In this document: piece by piece, positions 8,376-17,844 of the stretch | Layout of the letters: the number at the start of each line of letters is the position of its first letter | How positions within the stretch are numbered: the first letter of the stretch is position 1 | NCBI GenBank assembly: GCA_039590195.1 | Contig: JBDHFY010000002.1 | Span: forward strand, 4,660-68,659 | DNA: 64,000 nt | DNA from: Gemmatimonadota bacterium | GTDB taxonomy: Bacteria > Gemmatimonadota > Gemmatimonadetes > Gemmatimonadales > GWC2-71-9 | Direction of reading: 5' to 3' | Made by a program: the position numbers and the translations under genes | Notes under the pieces: model-generated | Seen by the model: only the letters and a program-made list of their open reading frames with translations | The model's database searches: none | What the model was told of the DNA's origin: nothing

Positions 8376-10306
8376 GCATGGCACGCCCTGCTCTACGGCT
8401 GCGCGCGGTTCAGATCGCGTTTGCACTCGCCATCGGCACGCTCATCGTTCGTGCGGCACAGGTCCAACTCGTTCGCGGAGCCCGGTATCAGGCAGCGGCC
8501 CGGGAGCAGCGGACCGAAGAGGTGGAGCTTCCTGCCAGCCGGGGGGCGATCTACGATCGCAATGGCGTCCCACTGGCGCTGACACAGGAGATTTTCCACA
8601 TCGGCTTCGCTCCGCTGGAGCTGCGGGACGGTGGCCGTGACGTTCCCGTCCTCGCACGAAGCCTCGGCCTCTCCGGCCGAGAGATGGCAAGGGCGCTGGG
8701 CAAGGATTACGTGTACTTGCACGGGCCGTTCACGCTGCTCCAGGTGGCGGGCCTCCGCGAAATGCGGGGCGTTCATCTCACCAGCGAGTTCACCCGATTC
8801 CACCCCGATCGAGCGTTTGCCCGGGCAGTGCTCGGCATGCCGGCGGCTCCAGGTCGCCCCGCCAGCGGCATTGAGCGCGTCCTCGACACGTTGCTCTCCG
8901 GGAAACCGGGACGCGCCGTGGTCCTCCGAGACCAGTTCGGCCGCCGTTACGAATCTCCTTCGCGGCTCGATCTGTTTCCGGTGCCCGGTCACGATGCGTA
9001 CCTGACCCTCGACTCTGAGCTGCAGGATATCGTCGAGCGGGCCCTCTCCGACGCCGTCGCACGGTTCGAGGCCATCGGAGGGGATGTCGTGGTCCTCGAT
9101 CCAAAAACCGGCGAGCTCCTCGCGCTTGCCTCCCGGCGAGCAGACGGGACTACGCCACCCAGCGTCTTCACGTCGGCCTTCGAGCCGGGATCGACGGCGA
9201 AACTCTTCGCCGCGGCTGCCCTGCTGCTTCACGACCGTGTGGAGCTGACGGATTCGGTCTGGGGTGAGGAAGGCGAGCTCGTTCTCGGCGGCCGGACCAT
9301 CACGGATGAACATCCTGAAGGATGGATGACATTGCGGGATGTCCTCCGGCGGTCGAGTAACGTGGGGATGGCGAAATTCGTCCGTCGCCTCGACCCCGAG
9401 CAGCAGTACATGATGCTGCGAGATTTCGGATTTGGCACACCGAGCGGTGTCGAATACCCGTCGGAGTCCGGTGGCTTGCTGCGCCCTCCGGCGCAATGGA
9501 GCGGTGCGAGCGCCCCGAGCCTGGCTATGGGCTACGAGATCGCGGTGACCGTGCTGCAGCTTGCTCAGGCCTATGCCGCCATCGCCAATGACGGGCTCAT
9601 GCTCGAGCCAACACTGGTCTCCCGGATCGTCGCGCCTGACGGGCGGGAGGTGTATCGCCACGCTCCGGAACCGGTCCGCCGGGTCGTGAGTGCCGAGGTG
9701 GCCCGAGAGCTTCGGGCCATGTTGCGTGACGTGGTGTACGATGGGGGGACAGGGGTATCGGCCGCCCTCGCGAGTTACGAAGTGGCCGGCAAAACCGGAA
9801 CCGCGCGGCGCTTCGGACCGGACGGGTATCTGCCCGGAGCCTCGACCGCCAGCTTCGCATCCCTGTTCCCCGCAGACGATCCGCAGCTGGTTATGGTGGT
9901 GAAACTCGACGACCCCGCAGGGAGCTACGCTCAGCTCAGTGCCGCGCCGCTCACCCGTTCCGTGTTGGAGCAGGTGCTGGCGGCGCAGACTTCGGCGCTC
10001 GACCGCTCCCGGCTGGAGGGGACGCCCTCGGCACCCGGTGTGCCTCCTGCGATCGATGCCGGCGTGGTGCCGTACGTCGTTAGTTGGCCTCTCGAGCCCC
10101 GCCGCGCCGACTCTGCTCTGCAAACGGTGCCCGCCGTGGTCGGCCTCGCAGTGCGCGCTGCCGTGCGTCGATTGCACGAGAGCGGGCTGCAAGTGCTCGT
10201 CGATGGGTGGGGCACCATCACCCATGCCGATCCGAGGACCGGCTCGACGGTGGCCGCCGGGACTCTCGTTCGGCTCACGGCGACAGAAGACGCCAAACCC
10301 CGGTGA
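8372..10306 (+). CDS. ftsI: Peptidoglycan D,D-transpeptidase FtsI (class B PBP) with C-terminal PASTA-like domain
   Basis: It has an N-terminal TM helix, a PBP dimerisation region, the transpeptidase motifs STAK (..PGSTAKLF..), SSN (RRSSNVG) and KTGT (AGKTGTA), and a C-terminal PASTA-like tail. The GTGA overlap with ftsL sets the start. Confidence 0.85.
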   Translation: MSMARPALRLRAVQIAFALAIGTLIVRAAQVQLVRGARYQAAAREQRTEEVELPASRGAIYDRNGVPLALTQEIFHIGFAPLELRDGGRDVPVLARSLGLSGREMARALGKDYVYLHGPFTLLQVAGLREMRGVHLTSEFTRFHPDRAFARAVLGMPAAPGRPASGIERVLDTLLSGKPGRAVVLRDQFGRRYESPSRLDLFPVPGHDAYLTLDSELQDIVERALSDAVARFEAIGGDVVVLDPKTGELLALASRRADGTTPPSVFTSAFEPGSTAKLFAAAALLLHDRVELTDSVWGEEGELVLGGRTITDEHPEGWMTLRDVLRRSSNVGMAKFVRRLDPEQQYMMLRDFGFGTPSGVEYPSESGGLLRPPAQWSGASAPSLAMGYEIAVTVLQLAQAYAAIANDGLMLEPTLVSRIVAPDGREVYRHAPEPVRRVVSAEVARELRAMLRDVVYDGGTGVSAALASYEVAGKTGTARRFGPDGYLPGASTASFASLFPADDPQLVMVVKLDDPAGSYAQLSAAPLTRSVLEQVLAAQTSALDRSRLEGTPSAPGVPPAIDAGVVPYVVSWPLEPRRADSALQTVPAVVGLAVRAAVRRLHESGLQVLVDGWGTITHADPRTGSTVAAGTLVRLTATEDAKPR

Positions 10307-11766
10307 GCGCATTCGCACGAATCATTCGGGCGTTGGAGGCGGCGGGTCATCTCGTCTCGTCGCCAGATACGCCCCCCTCACCAATCACGGGGATCGCCGA
10401 CGATTCCCGGCAGGTAGAGCCAGGTTTTCTGTTTTGCGCCGTGGAAGGTACGGTGGACGACGGTCATCGGTATCTGCCGGATGCTGTCCGGCGCGGAGCG
10501 GCGGCCGCCCTCGTCACGAGGAGAGTGGAGCAGCCAATTCCGCAGGTCGTGGTCGACGACAGCAGGTCGGCCGTCGCGGATGCGGCGGCCGAGTGGTACG
10601 GCCGACCGGGCGACGCGCTCGAGCTCATCGGCGTGACCGGCACCAATGGCAAATCGACGACGGTTGCGCTGATTCATCACCTCCTGAATTCAGATGGGAG
10701 AGCGGCGGCCATAGGAACGTTGGGAGCGTTCGATGGCGGTGGCGCCGCACTGTACCGCGAGAGATTGACGACGCCGGGCACCGTTGCCCTCCAGGCCACA
10801 CTTGCCGAACTCAAGAAACGGGGGGTGACGACGGTGGCTATGGAGGTGTCGTCGCATGCGCTCGATCAATTGAGGGTCCACGGCCTCAGGTTCCGCGCGG
10901 GCGTGTTCACCAATCTCACCCACGACCATCTGGATTACCACGCGACCTTTGACGAGTATCTGGCCGCCAAGATGCGCTTGGCGGATCATGTCCTGCCGGA
11001 CGGCGTCGTCGCGGCAAACATCGAGGAGGCGGCGTGGCGTCCGTTGGTCGCCCACGGCGCGGACCGTACGGTGACGTACGGGCGGTCCGACGGCGCGGCC
11101 GTCCGGGCATCTGCCGTCGTGTTGCACCCGGATGGCACGGATTTCGTCCTTCAGGTTGCCCAGGCGGAGAGACGGCTGCGACTCCCGCTCATCGGTGAGT
11201 TCAACGTCAGCAACGCTCTGGCGGCGACGGCGACCGTGTGGGGTTTGGGTCACGAGATCGACGAGATCGTCTCCCGCCTGTCAGACGCTCCCCAGGTGGC
11301 GGGACGAATGGAGCGCCTCGACGAGCGTTTCATGATTCTCCGCGACTACGCTCACACCCCAGACGCCCTCGAGCGGGCGATTTGCTCGTTGCGTCCCATC
11401 ACGCAGGGTCGCTTGATTGTGCTGTTTGGCTGTGGCGGCGACCGGGACCGGCGCAAGCGGGCCGTGATGGGGCAGGCGGCCGTGCGGGACGCGGACCTCG
11501 CAATCGTGACCTCAGACAACCCGCGTACCGAGGATCCCGAGCGGATCATCAGCGATATCGAAGTCGGCATGGCAGGCCAGTCCTACATTCGCATCGTGGA
11601 TCGGCGCAAGGCCATTTGCCATGCCGTAGGGCTGCTGGACGAGAACGACTGCCTGCTGTTGGCCGGAAAGGGCCACGAGACCTATCAAGTCATCGGCACC
11701 GAGCGCTTTCCCTTCGACGAGCGCGAGATTGCGCGAGAGGCCATTGCTGGCCTGAACGCCAAATGA
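10303..11766 (+). CDS. murE: UDP-N-acetylmuramoyl-L-alanyl-D-glutamate--2,6-diaminopimelate ligase MurE
   Basis: GTG 10303 overlaps the ftsI stop (GTGA). Motifs include ITGIADDSRQVEPGFLFCA, GVTGTNGKSTT and DNPRTEDP. The 10084 start in the track is an over-extension. Confidence 0.9.
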   Translation: MSAFARIIRALEAAGHLVSSPDTPPSPITGIADDSRQVEPGFLFCAVEGTVDDGHRYLPDAVRRGAAAALVTRRVEQPIPQVVVDDSRSAVADAAAEWYGRPGDALELIGVTGTNGKSTTVALIHHLLNSDGRAAAIGTLGAFDGGGAALYRERLTTPGTVALQATLAELKKRGVTTVAMEVSSHALDQLRVHGLRFRAGVFTNLTHDHLDYHATFDEYLAAKMRLADHVLPDGVVAANIEEAAWRPLVAHGADRTVTYGRSDGAAVRASAVVLHPDGTDFVLQVAQAERRLRLPLIGEFNVSNALAATATVWGLGHEIDEIVSRLSDAPQVAGRMERLDERFMILRDYAHTPDALERAICSLRPITQGRLIVLFGCGGDRDRRKRAVMGQAAVRDADLAIVTSDNPRTEDPERIISDIEVGMAGQSYIRIVDRRKAICHAVGLLDENDCLLLAGKGHETYQVIGTERFPFDEREIAREAIAGLNAK

Positions 11767-13127
11767 CTGCTTGGTCCAGTGAGGAAGTGGCCCGCGTACT
11801 CGACTGCGCCCCCATCGCCGCGCGGACATTTCCGTCCGTCAGTACCGACACCCGAACGCTCGAGTCCGGGGCGCTATTCGTCGCTCTCACCGGTGAGCGG
11901 TTCGAAGGACACCACTTTCTTGCCGAGGCTCTCGCCGCCGGAGCGGTGGCGGCCGTGGTGCGTCGCGGGACGCCGGCTGTGGACGGACTGGAGTTCTTCG
12001 AGGTCGATGAGCCCCTTCACGCCTACGGGCGGCTTGCGCGGGCCAGAAGGAGGCAGATCTCAGGCCCGGCGGTGGCGATCACCGGCACTAACGGCAAAAC
12101 GAGTACGAAGGAGCTGGTCGCCGCCGTTCTGGGCACGCGTTGGCGGGTCCACGCCACCCGGGCCAACCTCAACAACCTGGTGGGCGTCCCGCTCACGATC
12201 CTCGAAGCGCCAGACGACACAGAAGCGCTGGTCGTGGAGGCTGGGTCAAACCTCCCCGGGGAAATCGCGCAACTCCGTGAGATCATCGAGCCCAGCGTCG
12301 GGGTTGTGACCAACGTGTCTGAGGGCCATCTCGAGGGCTTCGGCTCACCGCAAGGAGTGTTGGCGGAAAAGGTATCGTTGCTCCAGGGTGTTCCGTTGGG
12401 CATCGTGGGTACGACGCCGCCGGAACTCGAATCCGCGGCAAAGGCAGCGGCGCAGCGAGTCGTCTGCGCTGGTCTCGAGGAGTCCGCCGATTTCGCACCG
12501 GATCGCTGGCGATTGGACACCGACGGACGGGTGGTGTTGGAGATTCGAGGACATGAGGTGCGATTGGCCTTGTTGGGGCGACACCAGGCGGCGAACGCCG
12601 TGCTTGCGGTGGCGGTGGCGGTGGAGCAGGATCTGGCAATGGAGACCGTGGCGCGAGCGCTTGCCTCTGTCGCGGTCCCGTCGGGTCGTTTGGAGTTGAT
12701 ATACCGCGGGGGGGTGACGATTCTCAACGACACGTACAACTCGAATCCGGCGTCCCTGCGTGCTTCGCTCGAAGTCGCGGCGGATATTCGAGGCGACCGG
12801 CGCCTCGTCGTGATGGTGGGGACAATGCTCGAATTGGGCCCGGATGCTCCGCGCCTCCACGAGGAGATGGCCGAAGCTGTGCTCGCGGCCAAGCCTCATC
12901 TCGTTGGCGCGGTGGGCGATTTTGCTCACGCCTTCGCTAAGGTCCGATCGCGGCTCGATGATCGTCTCGTGGTGGCCGATGACGTGGCGACGCTCGGGAA
13001 GCTGGTTGGATCGCGCCTCACTGGAGACGAACTGGTTCTGCTCAAGGCATCGCGGGGCGTCGGACTGGAGCGCGCCTTGCCGTTTCTCACCCCGGAGTCA
13101 GAGGAGCCGTGCTCTACCATCTCCTAA
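11763..13127 (+). CDS. murF: UDP-N-acetylmuramoyl-tripeptide--D-alanyl-D-alanine ligase MurF
   Basis: ATG 11763 overlaps the murE stop (ATGA). Motifs include VSTDTRTLESGALFVAL.GERF.GH.F and ITGTNGKTSTKE. Confidence 0.9.
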   Translation: MTAWSSEEVARVLDCAPIAARTFPSVSTDTRTLESGALFVALTGERFEGHHFLAEALAAGAVAAVVRRGTPAVDGLEFFEVDEPLHAYGRLARARRRQISGPAVAITGTNGKTSTKELVAAVLGTRWRVHATRANLNNLVGVPLTILEAPDDTEALVVEAGSNLPGEIAQLREIIEPSVGVVTNVSEGHLEGFGSPQGVLAEKVSLLQGVPLGIVGTTPPELESAAKAAAQRVVCAGLEESADFAPDRWRLDTDGRVVLEIRGHEVRLALLGRHQAANAVLAVAVAVEQDLAMETVARALASVAVPSGRLELIYRGGVTILNDTYNSNPASLRASLEVAADIRGDRRLVVMVGTMLELGPDAPRLHEEMAEAVLAAKPHLVGAVGDFAHAFAKVRSRLDDRLVVADDVATLGKLVGSRLTGDELVLLKASRGVGLERALPFLTPESEEPCSTIS

Positions 13128-14221
13128 AAGACAGCTTCTTCGGCTTCAACCTGTTCACCTATATCACGTTTCGGGCGGCGGGCGCGACCGTCACCGCCAT
13201 ATTCCTCTCGTTCGTTGTGGCGCCACCCATCATCCGATTCCTTCAGGCCAGAAACGTCGGTCAGGTCGTACGAGCGGATGGTCCGGCCTCCCATCAAGTA
13301 AAGCGTGGCACGCCGACCATGGGCGGGTTGATCATCCTCCTGTGCGTGATCGTGTCGATCTTGCTGTGGGCCCCCCTTACGAACCGTTACGTCCTTGTGA
13401 CGGCCGTTGCGACGTTGTGGATGGGAGCCATCGGTTTCCTGGACGACTACCTCAAGGTGGTGGAGAATAAACCCCGCGGGCTCGTAGCACGGTACAAGCT
13501 CGCCGGGCAAGTGTCGTTCGGCGTGGCCCTGGGCACGTATCTGTTGCTGGATCCCTTGGCGGGCAACCTCGTTCCCAATGCGACAACTCTGCCGTTCTTC
13601 AAGTACGTCCTGGTGATCCTCCATCCGGCCGTGTACGTCCTGTTCGTCACGTTTATCGTGACCGGCGTCAGTAACGCGGTCAACTTGACGGACGGGCTCG
13701 ATGGGCTGGCCACCGGCCTCACGGTGATTGCCGCTGGAGCGTTTGCGGTCTTCTCGTATCTGTTCGGGCGCTCCGACGCGTCCGAATATCTCCAGATCTT
13801 TTACCTAAGAGGTGCAGGTGAGCTCACGATATTCTGCGCGAGCCTCATGGGGGCGGCCCTCGGTTTCCTGTGGTACAACGCCCATCCCGCTCAGGTGTTC
13901 ATGGGAGATACGGGAAGCCTCGCCATCGGCGGGGCGATCGGAACGACGGCCATTCTGCTCAAATCCGAGTTTCTGTTGCTCATCGTCGGCGGGGTGTTCG
14001 TGGCGGAGGCCAGCTCGGTGCTCATCCAGACGGGGGTGTTCAAGTGGCAGAAGCGGGCTCGGGGTCGTGAGTACGCCGAGCAACATCGCTTCTTCCGCAT
14101 GGCGCCGCTCCACCACCACTTCGAGAAACTCGGATGGGACGAAGCGAAAATCGTCATGCGGTTCTACATCGTGGGGATACTGTGTGCCCTCCTGGCCCTC
14201 GCCACGCTGAAGGTCCGCTAA
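13109..14221 (+). CDS. mraY: Phospho-N-acetylmuramoyl-pentapeptide-transferase MraY
   Basis: GTG 13109 follows GAGGAG. The protein is polytopic, with KRGTPTMGG, NAVNLTDGLDGLA and HHHFE motifs. Confidence 0.9.
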   Translation: MLYHLLKDSFFGFNLFTYITFRAAGATVTAIFLSFVVAPPIIRFLQARNVGQVVRADGPASHQVKRGTPTMGGLIILLCVIVSILLWAPLTNRYVLVTAVATLWMGAIGFLDDYLKVVENKPRGLVARYKLAGQVSFGVALGTYLLLDPLAGNLVPNATTLPFFKYVLVILHPAVYVLFVTFIVTGVSNAVNLTDGLDGLATGLTVIAAGAFAVFSYLFGRSDASEYLQIFYLRGAGELTIFCASLMGAALGFLWYNAHPAQVFMGDTGSLAIGGAIGTTAILLKSEFLLLIVGGVFVAEASSVLIQTGVFKWQKRARGREYAEQHRFFRMAPLHHHFEKLGWDEAKIVMRFYIVGILCALLALATLKVR

Positions 14222-15564
14222 TTCCCGACGGCTGGCGCAGCGGGGAGATCGCCGTTCTCGGTCTGGGCCGCACGGGAATCGCGGTTTCCGAGTGGCTGGC
14301 AGATCAGTCCCTGCGCGTGTATGCGTCCGATGTCGCGGACCGTCCGGATCTCCGCGAGGCGGCTGAGGGTCTCAGGGCGAAGTCGGTGGCGGTGGACTTG
14401 GGAGGGCACGATGTGAAGCGCATTGCCGCTGCCGCTGCGGCGGTAGTGTCCCCGGGCATTCCGCCCGACGTTCCCCCGTTACGGGCAGCCCGGGACGCGG
14501 GCATCGAGATCCTCGCCGAGTTGGATTTGGCGTCCCGGGCCCTCGCCGATGCCGGGCAGATCGTCGTCACCGGAACCAACGGCAAGACCACGACGACCGC
14601 GTTGATTGCTCACATCCTCGCCGCGGCGGGGTATGGGGCGGAAGCCGCAGGCAATATCGGTCGTCCGTTGATTGCCGTGGCCACGGAGCCGCAACGCCCG
14701 GATTGGGTCGTGGTGGAAGCTTCGTCATTCCAGCTTCACGACTCGCCAAGTCTCAATCCCAACATCGGCGTGCTGACGAACCTCGCCGCGGATCATCTGA
14801 ACCGGTACCCGACGGTGGCGGCGTATTACGCCGACAAGAAACTCCTCTTTCGCAATGCGACCGAGGATTCCTGTTGGATCCTCAATGGTGACGATCCGGC
14901 GGTGCGTGAACTGGCGGCAGGAGTGCCGGGGCTCCGCCGACACTGGAGTCTCGAGCAACAGGCGGATGCGTGGTTCCGGCGATCATCAGGTGAGCTGCGA
15001 TTGGTGGACCACGTGCTCTTGGCGCGCGAGCGACTGCCGCTGCTGGGTGACCACAATGTGGCCAATGCCCTCGCGGCGACGCTCGCGGCGATCGCCGTCG
15101 GCGTGGACCCGAGCGCGGTGGCAGCCGCGCTCGAGACGTTCCGTCCTCCCCCTCATCGATTGGAGCCCATTCGGGAACTTGACGGTGTGGTGTGGATCAA
15201 CGATTCCAAGGCCACCAACGTGGCATCGACCCTGGCGGCGCTTCGTTCGATGGAACAGTCATATGTGCTGATCGTTGGGGGAAGGGCGAAAGGAGAAGAT
15301 TTCACCTTGTTGGGCCCTGCACTGGCGCGCCAATGTCGTGCCGTCATGGCGTACGGAGAGGCTGGAGAGACTCTGGAGGATGCCCTGAGTCCCGTGTTAC
15401 CCGTGGAGCGGGTCGCAAGCCTCCAAGATGCCGTGACACGGTGCCGGACGGTGGCGCAGGCCGGCGACGCGGTGCTTCTCTCGCCCGCGTGCACGAGCTT
15501 TGACCAGTTCACGAGCTTCGAGCACAGAGGCGAAGCGTTCAAAGCGCTGGTTGAGGAACTATGA
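14182..15564 (+). CDS. murD: UDP-N-acetylmuramoylalanine--D-glutamate ligase MurD (start uncertain)
   Basis: IAVLGLGRTGIAV..L (Rossmann fold) and VTGTNGKTTTT motifs are present. No canonical start follows the mraY stop, so GTG 14182 was chosen as the nearest in-frame start; ATG 14134 is also possible. Confidence 0.8.
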   Translation: MCPPGPRHAEGPLIPDGWRSGEIAVLGLGRTGIAVSEWLADQSLRVYASDVADRPDLREAAEGLRAKSVAVDLGGHDVKRIAAAAAAVVSPGIPPDVPPLRAARDAGIEILAELDLASRALADAGQIVVTGTNGKTTTTALIAHILAAAGYGAEAAGNIGRPLIAVATEPQRPDWVVVEASSFQLHDSPSLNPNIGVLTNLAADHLNRYPTVAAYYADKKLLFRNATEDSCWILNGDDPAVRELAAGVPGLRRHWSLEQQADAWFRRSSGELRLVDHVLLARERLPLLGDHNVANALAATLAAIAVGVDPSAVAAALETFRPPPHRLEPIRELDGVVWINDSKATNVASTLAALRSMEQSYVLIVGGRAKGEDFTLLGPALARQCRAVMAYGEAGETLEDALSPVLPVERVASLQDAVTRCRTVAQAGDAVLLSPACTSFDQFTSFEHRGEAFKALVEEL

Positions 15565-16703
15565 GAACGGGAAGCCCGACGGCTTCGGGGTCGATGTGGG
15601 AAACCCGGCTCTTGGCTTTGGTCACCGCCGTACTCGTGGTGTTCGGGATTGCCGCGGTCTACGGAGCATCGAGTATCGCTGCGGTGCAGAGTGGCGCGAC
15701 GGGGTCGGCCTTTGCGCTGCGCCAGCTCCTCGGGGCGACGATCGGTGCCGTGGGGATGTGGTTGGCCGCACGCCTGGATTATCACGTGTGGCAGCGCTAT
15801 GCGTGGCCCCTGCTTGGCATCGTCAGCGTAACGCTGCTCGTCCTGCTCCTGCCGTTTGCGGAGCCGATCGTGGTGGAGCGCAACGGAGCTCGACGGTGGC
15901 TGGGCACGTCCCTCATCTCGTTCCAACCAGCCGAATTCGCCAAGTTCGCCGTCGTGGCCTGGACCGCCATGTTGGCCACCAAGAAGAGCGACCGGATACG
16001 GGAGATCAAGCGAGGCGTTCTGCCCTTCGCTGTGATCGTCGGGCCGCTCGCCATGCTCATTGTGTTCGAACCTGCCCTCTCCAACGCGATGCTGGTGTGT
16101 CTCCTTGCGGGGATTGTGCTGTTCACCGCGGGAGCGCGAATCGGGCACTTCATGTTGCTCGCGCTCATTGCCCTGCCGATCCTGTGGCGGGAAATCGCGA
16201 CGGTCCAATACCGCCTGCAACGAATGTTGTCCTTCCTGAGTCCCGGGAGTGACTATCTGGAATCGAGCTGGCAGATCCAGCAGTCCCTCACGGGCATGGG
16301 AGCGGGGCGTACGTTGGGCGTTGGCTTCGGCGAGGGTTTGCAGAAACTGGGATACCTGCCGTACGCGTACTCCGACTTCGTGTTCAGCACGATCGGCGAA
16401 GAGTGGGGGTTTGTCGGCGTTGCGGTGTTGTTGATGATGTTTGCCACGTTCGTTGGAGTCGGTCTGCGCATCTCCCGATTGGCGCCGGACCACTTCGGCA
16501 CGCTGCTCGGGACCGGACTCACGGCGGTGATCGGTGTAACGGCGATTCTGCACATGGCGGTCACGCTTGGAGTGGTGCCGACCACCGGACTGCCGCTTCC
16601 CTTCATCTCGTACGGACGATCGAACTTGATCGTCTCGCTGGTCGCCACCGGCGTCTTGGTCAATATCGGCGAAAGTCGGACGCGCACACGGGCCACTCAG
16701 TGA
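15561..16703 (+). CDS. ftsW: SEDS-family peptidoglycan glycosyltransferase FtsW
   Basis: ATGA overlap with murD. It is a polytopic FtsW/RodA family protein (SFQPAEFAKF.., ..PTTGLPLPFISYGRS). Confidence 0.85.
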   Translation: MRTGSPTASGSMWETRLLALVTAVLVVFGIAAVYGASSIAAVQSGATGSAFALRQLLGATIGAVGMWLAARLDYHVWQRYAWPLLGIVSVTLLVLLLPFAEPIVVERNGARRWLGTSLISFQPAEFAKFAVVAWTAMLATKKSDRIREIKRGVLPFAVIVGPLAMLIVFEPALSNAMLVCLLAGIVLFTAGARIGHFMLLALIALPILWREIATVQYRLQRMLSFLSPGSDYLESSWQIQQSLTGMGAGRTLGVGFGEGLQKLGYLPYAYSDFVFSTIGEEWGFVGVAVLLMMFATFVGVGLRISRLAPDHFGTLLGTGLTAVIGVTAILHMAVTLGVVPTTGLPLPFISYGRSNLIVSLVATGVLVNIGESRTRTRATQ

Positions 16704-17794
16704 GGATCCTCATCGCCGGCGGAGGCACCGGTGGGCATCTCATCCCCGCCATCGTCCTGGCCGACGTCGTGCGCGACCTTCGGCCGGACATCGAGCCCGT
16801 TCTGGTTGGTGCGGAGCGCGGCGTCGAAGCCTCGATCCTGCCGGCGCGGGAACGGTCGCATCGGTACTACCTGCTTCCCGTCGAACCGATCTACCGCCGA
16901 GCGTTGTGGAAGAACCTCAGATGGCTGGGAGCGCTCGGGAGGGTGATGCGGCAGTCCCGCCGAATCATCACCACCGAACGTCCCGCCCTCGCGGTCGGCA
17001 CCGGAGGGTACGCCGCTGGGCCGATCTTGTTCGTCAGCGGTCTCCACGGTGTTCCCGTCGCCCTCCAAGAGCAAAACGCTTTTCCCGGCATCACGACCCG
17101 CCTCCTGGCCCGGCGTGCCCGGCAGATCCACCTGGGGTTCCCCGAAGCGGCGCGTGCCCTTCGCCCGGGGCGCCACACCGAGGTGCTCACGCTCGGCAAT
17201 CCCATCGTTTCGCCGGTCGATCGGACGGATCCCTTGGCCGGACGCCGAGCCCTGGGCATCCCCGACGGCACCCCGGTTTGCCTTGTCATGGGAGGAAGCC
17301 AAGGCGCGTTCACGATCAATGAGGCGGTCTCCGAGCTGCTCGACCAGGGCCGACTCGACGGGGCCGCCTTGTTGTGGAGCACCGGTCACGGCATGTGGGA
17401 TCGCTACCGGCGACACGACGCGCCACCGCTGCGACAAGTTCGACCGTTCTGGGATCCCGTGGCTGGAGCGTATGCCGCGTCGGATCTGGTGATCGCGCGA
17501 TCGGGAGCCATGACCACGGCGGAACTGAGCGCGTGGGGACTCCCGTCCATCCTCATCCCCCTTCCCACGGCCGCCGCCGATCATCAGACGAAGAACGCCG
17601 CCGCCCTCGCCGCCGCGGGGGCGGCCGTGTGTATTCCGGAAACGCAACTTGGCTCGGCGGCACTGGCGGACCGGATCGAGGGCATGTTGGCGGATCGGGC
17701 GACGCTTGCGACAATGTCTGCCGCGGCGGCCAGACGCGGTCGTCCGGATGCCGCCCATCGGATTGTCGAGGCGCTTTTGCGACTCGTCGACTGA
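16700..17794 (+). CDS. murG: UDP-N-acetylglucosamine--LipidI N-acetylglucosaminyltransferase MurG
   Basis: GTG 16700 overlaps the ftsW stop (GTGA). The N-terminus is VRILIAGGGTGGHLIPA, and the motif ..GGSQGA.. is present. Confidence 0.9.
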   Translation: MRILIAGGGTGGHLIPAIVLADVVRDLRPDIEPVLVGAERGVEASILPARERSHRYYLLPVEPIYRRALWKNLRWLGALGRVMRQSRRIITTERPALAVGTGGYAAGPILFVSGLHGVPVALQEQNAFPGITTRLLARRARQIHLGFPEAARALRPGRHTEVLTLGNPIVSPVDRTDPLAGRRALGIPDGTPVCLVMGGSQGAFTINEAVSELLDQGRLDGAALLWSTGHGMWDRYRRHDAPPLRQVRPFWDPVAGAYAASDLVIARSGAMTTAELSAWGLPSILIPLPTAAADHQTKNAAALAAAGAAVCIPETQLGSAALADRIEGMLADRATLATMSAAAARRGRPDAAHRIVEALLRLVD

Positions 17795-17803
17795 GCAAAG
17801 TCT

Positions 17804-17831
17804 TTCGCAAATCTACACTTAGCCTTATATT
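17804..17831 (+). promoter_or_regulatory. Candidate internal sigma70-like promoter upstream of murC (TTCGCA-N16-TATATT)
   Basis: This is the only AT-rich gap inside the dcw cluster (17795-17844). The hexamers were read by eye and there is no experimental or comparative support. Confidence 0.2.
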
Positions 17832-17844
17832 TGCAGCCCAACCG

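Noticed and set aside
10084-10302. N-terminal extensions implied by the longest-ORF starts in the track: 2509, 10084, 11238, 16403, 17374, 19688, 25546, 36550, 48107, 48556, 50792, 51945, 52087, 53183, 54494, 55108 and 62225.
   Set aside because: The extensions are Arg/Pro-rich, overlap the preceding gene, and precede the conserved family N-termini. A GTG/ATG in a GTGA/ATGA overlap with the upstream stop gives the expected protein length in each case.
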